64,000 bases of DNA from Candidatus Latescibacterota bacterium (GTDB taxonomy: Bacteria > Latescibacterota > UBA2968 > UBA8231): the NCBI GenBank assembly GCA_965215195.1, contig CBDCDC010000002.1, positions 3,328,001-3,392,000 of the forward strand, given 5' to 3'. A model generated the notes under the pieces. The model searched no databases. It was given only the letters and a program-made list of their open reading frames with translations, and had not been told where the DNA came from. The translations under genes and the position numbers were made by a program. Of the stretch, positions 59,249-64,000 are shown one piece after another (the stretch's first letter is position 1; each line of letters opens with the position of its first letter).

Positions 59249-61990
59249 TCACACCCGAAACACCTTCATCACCTCGTCCCCCAAGTGGTTGATCACCTTC
59301 ACGGCGATGCGGCCCGACGTCGGCTTGTCGAAAGGCCGCGAGATGTCGCTGTGCAGCGTTTCCCACGCTCCTTGGTTGATCTCGGCTTTGAGCGTCGTCC
59401 TTAGCGCCTTGTACGGGTCGTTGGCGCCGAGGAAATAGGCGTGGCGCACAAAAAAGCTCTCCTCGTTGTAGTCGGTATCGACGAACCAGCAGGCAATGCC
59501 GTCGGCGTTGTCGCTGCGGATTTGGCCGGTGTTGGGGTGGAACACGTCGACGCCGTTGACCTTGACTTGGATTTGACCGTCGTCCATGTCGAGGATGTCG
59601 ATGTCCGGTTCGCCGAAGATGACGAACAGGTTGCCTTTGCCGGTATTTTTGAGGTCGTCGGCCATGTGCAAGTCGGCGTTCATGCGGGCCTTGAGGACTG
59701 GGACGCGGCCTAACTTGTTGAACTCTGCGGCGTGGGCGTCGTAGTTGAAGGCGCAGGCGACCAACACGTCGAAGTCGGCGTCCGCGGCCTCGCGCACCGC
59801 TGATACGAGATCGGGGCGGGAGACGGTGCCGAATTCCGGGCCGACGAAGATGCCGGCGCGTTTCTCAGCGCCCGAGTCGCTGGTGCCTTCGACGTAGGTT
59901 CCTTCGGCGCAGACGAGGTCGCCGGGCCAAGGTCTGATCCCGGAGAAGGCGATGTGGTCTTCTTTGTGTGCCTGTTGGACGCCGGAGGTTTTGAGATTGT
60001 CGAGGATCATCTCGGCGAAGTCCTGCTTTTCGCCGTATCCTAACTTGGCTTCGGCGACGTTGTCGATGAGTTCGTCGTTTTCATCAACGCCTAACAGGCG
60101 GTGCGGCGACAGGCTTTCTACGGTAAATGGGCCGGCGACGCGGACTTTCTTGTTGTCTTGGTAGGGCTTGTCGTAGAGGTATTCGTAGTCGGCCTTGGCC
60201 GCGATGGAGGCGTCAATTTCCTTCTGCCGGGCGATGCGCTGTTTCCACCAGCCTGCGTGTATTCTTTTGACTTCCTCGGGCCAAGCGGCGTCGGCGTCGC
60301 GGGGGATTTCCCATTCTTCGTAGGATGTGCCGAGCGCGTCGTTCAACTCCACCCGCAGCGGCTCCAGCGTTTCTTGGAATTTCTCCCAGATTACGTCGAT
60401 CTCGGCGTTGTTGGCGATGGACTTGAGGGTGATGTGGGGGACGCGCTCGTACACGAAGCCTTGGCGGATGTCGCCGTAGGTCGGCGTTTCGGAGGGTGCT
60501 TTGCGGGCAAGTGCGGCTTCTTTGATTTGCCCGTCGCGGCTGTCGGCGAGTAGGTAGTAGGGATAGCGAGCGGCCATGACGCGGGCGCGGGCCAACGCGA
60601 GGGCGACGCGGGAAGTGTCGATGGTGATCCAGCGGCGACCCCACTGCTCGGCGACATAGGCGGTGGTGCCGGAGCCGCAGGTGGGGTCGAGGACGAGGTC
60701 GCCGGGGTCGGTGGTCATGAGGATGCAGCGTTGGATAACCTTATTAGTTGTTTGTACAACGTATATCTTCGGGTCACTTCTACTTTGTATTCCTCCCACA
60801 TCTGTCCAAACATTATTTCTTGGAATTACAGGAAAGTCGTCTATATACCTCTTGAAGCGAAGGGTATTTCCTTCAACTATTACCCTTCCAGCAGCAACAA
60901 TCCGCTCCATTCCTTGCTGGGTGGTTTTCCAAAAAAGTCGACCAGGTGCAAATGACCGTCCAAGGTACTGAAATGTAAAACTAATACTCTCACTGCCGCT
61001 TTGAGATCTTAAGTCTGTTGTCGCATATAATCTGTCATTACCATCTTCACTATGAGTATATCTACTGGCACCTGCGGTACCAGCTACCTTCTCAAAGAAA
61101 GATTGCCGGTATTTCACAACCCCGAGTTTCTTGGAATACCAGAGGACATAATCGTTGATACCGTTAAGTAATGCTTGCCCAAGACCTGTGGTCTTTGTAA
61201 AAATTATTTCTCGTACAAAATTCTCCTCCCCAAACACCTCGTCCATCAATGCCCTTACCCGATGCACATTCTCGTCCCCAATCTGCACAAATACGCTGCC
61301 ACTCTCCGTCAACAAATCCCGCGCCACCGTCAGCCGATCCCGCAAATACGTCAAATACGAATGGATCCCATCCCGCCATGTATCCCGAAACGCCTTCACC
61401 TGCTCCGGCTCTCGCGTGATGTGCTCGGCCTTGCCGTCCTTGACGTCGCGGCTGATGGTTGACCACTGGAAGTTGGAGTTGAACTTGATGCCGTAGGGCG
61501 GGTCGATGTAGATGCACTGCACCTTGCCACGCAGGCCCTCCCGCTCGGCCAGCGACGCCATCACCTGCAAGCTGTCGCCTAAGATCATCCGGTTCGACCA
61601 GTTAGCGTCGTGCTGGTAAAACTCCGTCTGCGCGTCCGCGCTCGGCAGCCCGTTGAAATCCGCGAACAAATCCGTCTGCACGCTCGATTCGCCGTCCCCG
61701 GTCTCCTTGCTCCGCTGCCGCAAATCATCGATCAGCACCTTCGGATGCACCTTCTCCTGAATGAACAGCGGCGGCGCTTGCACCACCAAGTCCGACCAGT
61801 TCTGCTCGTCCTTCCCTCGCCAAACGAGCTGCGGATCGAGGTCGCGGTTGCGCCGCTCGTACGCGATGCGGATGGGATTCCGGTCGTCGTCGGCCATGAC
61901 CGCCTGATACTCGGCCGTGGGGATGTTCTTCCGCGACGCATCCTGGTGCCGCAGGGTTTCGACGGTCTTGGTCGATTTTCGTTTCGCCAT
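59249..61990 (-). CDS. site-specific adenine DNA methyltransferase (long Type III-like Mod)
   Basis: ILGDSLQVM, IYIDPPYGIKF, LDPTCGSGTT, VAGPFTVESLSP, IAVKVINHLGDEV; AT-rich central TRD. Confidence 0.92.
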   Translation of the reverse strand: MAKRKSTKTVETLRHQDASRKNIPTAEYQAVMADDDRNPIRIAYERRNRDLDPQLVWRGKDEQNWSDLVVQAPPLFIQEKVHPKVLIDDLRQRSKETGDGESSVQTDLFADFNGLPSADAQTEFYQHDANWSNRMILGDSLQVMASLAEREGLRGKVQCIYIDPPYGIKFNSNFQWSTISRDVKDGKAEHITREPEQVKAFRDTWRDGIHSYLTYLRDRLTVARDLLTESGSVFVQIGDENVHRVRALMDEVFGEENFVREIIFTKTTGLGQALLNGINDYVLWYSKKLGVVKYRQSFFEKVAGTAGASRYTHSEDGNDRLYATTDLRSQSGSESISFTFQYLGRSFAPGRLFWKTTQQGMERIVAAGRVIVEGNTLRFKRYIDDFPVIPRNNVWTDVGGIQSRSDPKIYVVQTTNKVIQRCILMTTDPGDLVLDPTCGSGTTAYVAEQWGRRWITIDTSRVALALARARVMAARYPYYLLADSRDGQIKEAALARKAPSETPTYGDIRQGFVYERVPHITLKSIANNAEIDVIWEKFQETLEPLRVELNDALGTSYEEWEIPRDADAAWPEEVKRIHAGWWKQRIARQKEIDASIAAKADYEYLYDKPYQDNKKVRVAGPFTVESLSPHRLLGVDENDELIDNVAEAKLGYGEKQDFAEMILDNLKTSGVQQAHKEDHIAFSGIRPWPGDLVCAEGTYVEGTSDSGAEKRAGIFVGPEFGTVSRPDLVSAVREAADADFDVLVACAFNYDAHAAEFNKLGRVPVLKARMNADLHMADDLKNTGKGNLFVIFGEPDIDILDMDDGQIQVKVNGVDVFHPNTGQIRSDNADGIACWFVDTDYNEESFFVRHAYFLGANDPYKALRTTLKAEINQGAWETLHSDISRPFDKPTSGRIAVKVINHLGDEVMKVFRV

Positions 61991-62032
61991 CTATACGGAG
62001 TCCTCGTTTGTCGTATTCAACGGATTTTTTCG

Positions 62033-63226
62033 CTAAAGTCGATCATGTTCCTCTTGATTCTGTCCAATCGGTATTTCCATCTTTTTCGGCATGTTCTCAA
62101 AGGCTTCTCCCTTAAGACCGGTGAGATTGTACGCCTCGCGATAGGGCAAACGACCCTCTCCAACCGCACGAATTATGGCAGAGGCAAAGCGAGGACCAAT
62201 GCGCCATTTCTGACTATTCCAGAAGTGGCCTCCACTTCCCTGACGCTGCTGACCGCGACGCCACCTATCGACTCTTGGGTTGTAAAAAAGGAGAAACGCA
62301 TCCCTGTCGATCAAATCGAGATCGAGAGCCCGACGCGCGGCCACGAGGGAACTCACTTTGAACTTGCGGGCAATAGTCTGATAAGGATCATTTGCTCGTC
62401 GGGCACTAGGCCAGAAAGCCCGTAACTCTTCCTCCGGTATCAGGAATTCGGCAGCGGCCTTGTTGCAGAACTGCTCGGTTTCATCCGATGGCGGTTGTAA
62501 GTATTCTAAATTAGAGATACCGCTCTGGGCTATGAAGAGGTGTGCCAGTTCGTGAGCCAGAGTAAACATCTGCGCCGCCATAAAATCAGCGCTATTCACA
62601 AAGATGAGCGAGGCATACTCATCCACGAGGGCGAAGCCCTGAAATTCATCGGGATCCAACTTTCGATATGCGTTATTGCCCACCACTCCATTGAACGAAA
62701 CCAGCACCCCGGCGGCGTCAACCAAATGTCTCAGATGCCGTAACGCATCGCTCCAAGCATCTAACTGTTCCGCCCAATTTTCGGTAAGCTGCAACGCATC
62801 GCGCATGGCAGCTCCAACTTGCCGAGGATGGACATCCGTGCCGTAGGCCCCGATGAAATCCAGCGGTTCAGCACCACCTTCGATAAGCTCATCGCGCATC
62901 CATGCCTGACGTCGCTGCATAAGGTAAATGGTCTCAAGTAGATCGGAACTCGGAGGCGGCGCATCATCTCGAGTGCGAAAGTCGGGTATTGGCAAGCGTT
63001 CTTCGGGTGGCTCTGTCAAGTATAGAAATCCCAGAGCGGTATGAGTGCGTTGGGCGAGTCTGTCTGCCTGTGCAACACTGATCTTGCCATTGCGTTCCCA
63101 CTCCGACACGCGCTCTGGACTCACTCTCAGCTTGCGCGCCAGTTCTGGGCACTCAAGTCCTGCCCGTTCTCGCGCCCATTTCAGCACTTCAGGTTGTAAT
63201 GTTATCTGCAAACGTCGGCTGGTCAT
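62033..63226 (-). CDS. XRE-HTH + ImmA/IrrE family metallopeptidase
   Basis: LKWARER..L, WE.G HTH; DFR motif; FTLAHELAH (HExxH); E.FCN..AAEFL.P. Confidence 0.9.
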   Translation of the reverse strand: MTSRRLQITLQPEVLKWARERAGLECPELARKLRVSPERVSEWERNGKISVAQADRLAQRTHTALGFLYLTEPPEERLPIPDFRTRDDAPPPSSDLLETIYLMQRRQAWMRDELIEGGAEPLDFIGAYGTDVHPRQVGAAMRDALQLTENWAEQLDAWSDALRHLRHLVDAAGVLVSFNGVVGNNAYRKLDPDEFQGFALVDEYASLIFVNSADFMAAQMFTLAHELAHLFIAQSGISNLEYLQPPSDETEQFCNKAAAEFLIPEEELRAFWPSARRANDPYQTIARKFKVSSLVAARRALDLDLIDRDAFLLFYNPRVDRWRRGQQRQGSGGHFWNSQKWRIGPRFASAIIRAVGEGRLPYREAYNLTGLKGEAFENMPKKMEIPIGQNQEEHDRL

Positions 63227-63254
63227 GGTTCACGTAACCTCCGAAGCTCGGGGA

Positions 63255-63419
63255 TCAGGAAGGCTGCATCACATCAGCCATGGCTTGTTCGATCGTTTTC
63301 GTATCTACGCCATGGTTTTGCAGGCTCTCGACAAATAGTTCAAGTCCAAGGTTGTTTTCCAGTCGCATGAGATCCTGACGAAGCCCTTGGCCTATGTAGG
63401 CTCGAATGAGCGGTTGGTA
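63255..63419 (-). pseudogene. 5'-truncated CopG/BrnA-like antitoxin remnant
   Basis: YQPLIRAYIGQGLRQDLMRLE...LQNHGVD..TIEQAMADV with no start codon, directly after the res stop. Confidence 0.55.
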
Positions 63420-63424
63420 GCTCC

Positions 63425-64000
63425 CTACCCCTTCGCCCGAAACCCCTCAACCAACTGCGCGAACTCAGCTTCCATCCCGAACGCATCGGTAAACTCGGCA
63501 AAAGCCCAGCGCCCGTAATCTCCGTGATTATTCACACCAGGTACCCAATAGGTGTCCATGGTCGTCTTCTTGGCCTTGGCGTCTTCCCTTCGCTCTCCTT
63601 TGATCTCAACGATCAAATTCAGAAGATCATCATCGCCACGGCCATCATCAACGAGAACGATAAAGTCCGGGATATACGTCCGCATTTCCGACCCACGACG
63701 ATAGGGTACCTCCAAGCCTAAGTTGTGGTTCTTGACGTAGGCTTTGACGTGCGGATGGGATTCAGCAACGCGACAAAACTGTTCTTCCCAGCTACTGTCG
63801 AGAACGATCCAATTGATATGGCAACGGCTGGGATCAGCCTGCCAGCGGCTAGCCTTGGTCGTGTTGAAATTTACGTGGGCGGTCGAACCGACGGGATTGT
63901 ACGGATCGAGCACTGCTTTGACCGGACGACGGTCGATTCCCTCGCGCGTGATCGCGGTAAAGATGCGTTCACAGGCCGTGTCGGCCAGTTCCTGGTACAT
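63425..64000 (-). CDS. Type III-like restriction endonuclease subunit, C-terminal part (runs off window)
   Basis: DS.WE..F, YVKN..LG.EVPY, YIPDFIV, LIVEIKG (PD-ExK), WVPGVN..G.YGRW.F; upstream of the MTase. Confidence 0.85.
   Translation of the reverse strand: MYQELADTACERIFTAITREGIDRRPVKAVLDPYNPVGSTAHVNFNTTKASRWQADPSRCHINWIVLDSSWEEQFCRVAESHPHVKAYVKNHNLGLEVPYRRGSEMRTYIPDFIVLVDDGRGDDDLLNLIVEIKGERREDAKAKKTTMDTYWVPGVNNHGDYGRWAFAEFTDAFGMEAEFAQLVEGFRAKG

Overview
GC-rich bacterial chromosomal window. By inference it comes from an FCB-group organism (Latescibacterota/Gemmatimonadota-like) of the kind common in sponge metagenomes, judged from the PhyH-HEAT, internalin-LRR, FlgD-Ig and TWGxIK-tailed proteins. 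Housekeeping genes (nnr, M20 peptidase, galU, nitrite/sulfite reductase, ferredoxin, 2-oxoacid dehydrogenase E1 alpha/beta, uvrB, dnaK) alternate with accessory blocks. (1) Three restriction-modification loci: BglII/BstYI-type REase with an MT-A70 MTase, a DUF488 pair in front of Type III mod/res, and a second Type III-like res/MTase with an ImmA/IrrE gene between them. (2) A tandem pair of long Rieske-domain paralogues. (3) A 12 kb minus-strand envelope locus with three paralogous discoidin-like/FlgD-Ig proteins ending in FxPNGDGxND domains, an ~890 aa probable beta-barrel, a TWGQIK-tailed secreted protein and a double-parvulin PPIase. This is the best candidate for an undescribed secretion or surface-display system. 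(4) A 5.8 kb IS1-family cargo element (19 bp perfect TIRs, 8 bp near-perfect TSD) inserted into the last codons of galU, with nested IS5/IS4 remnants and a MITE. (5) Arrays of intact and truncated toxin-antitoxin genes on both sides of dnaK, bounded by short duplications, one array lying between a sigma54-type promoter and dnaK. All family calls are from motif recognition by eye; no searches were run.
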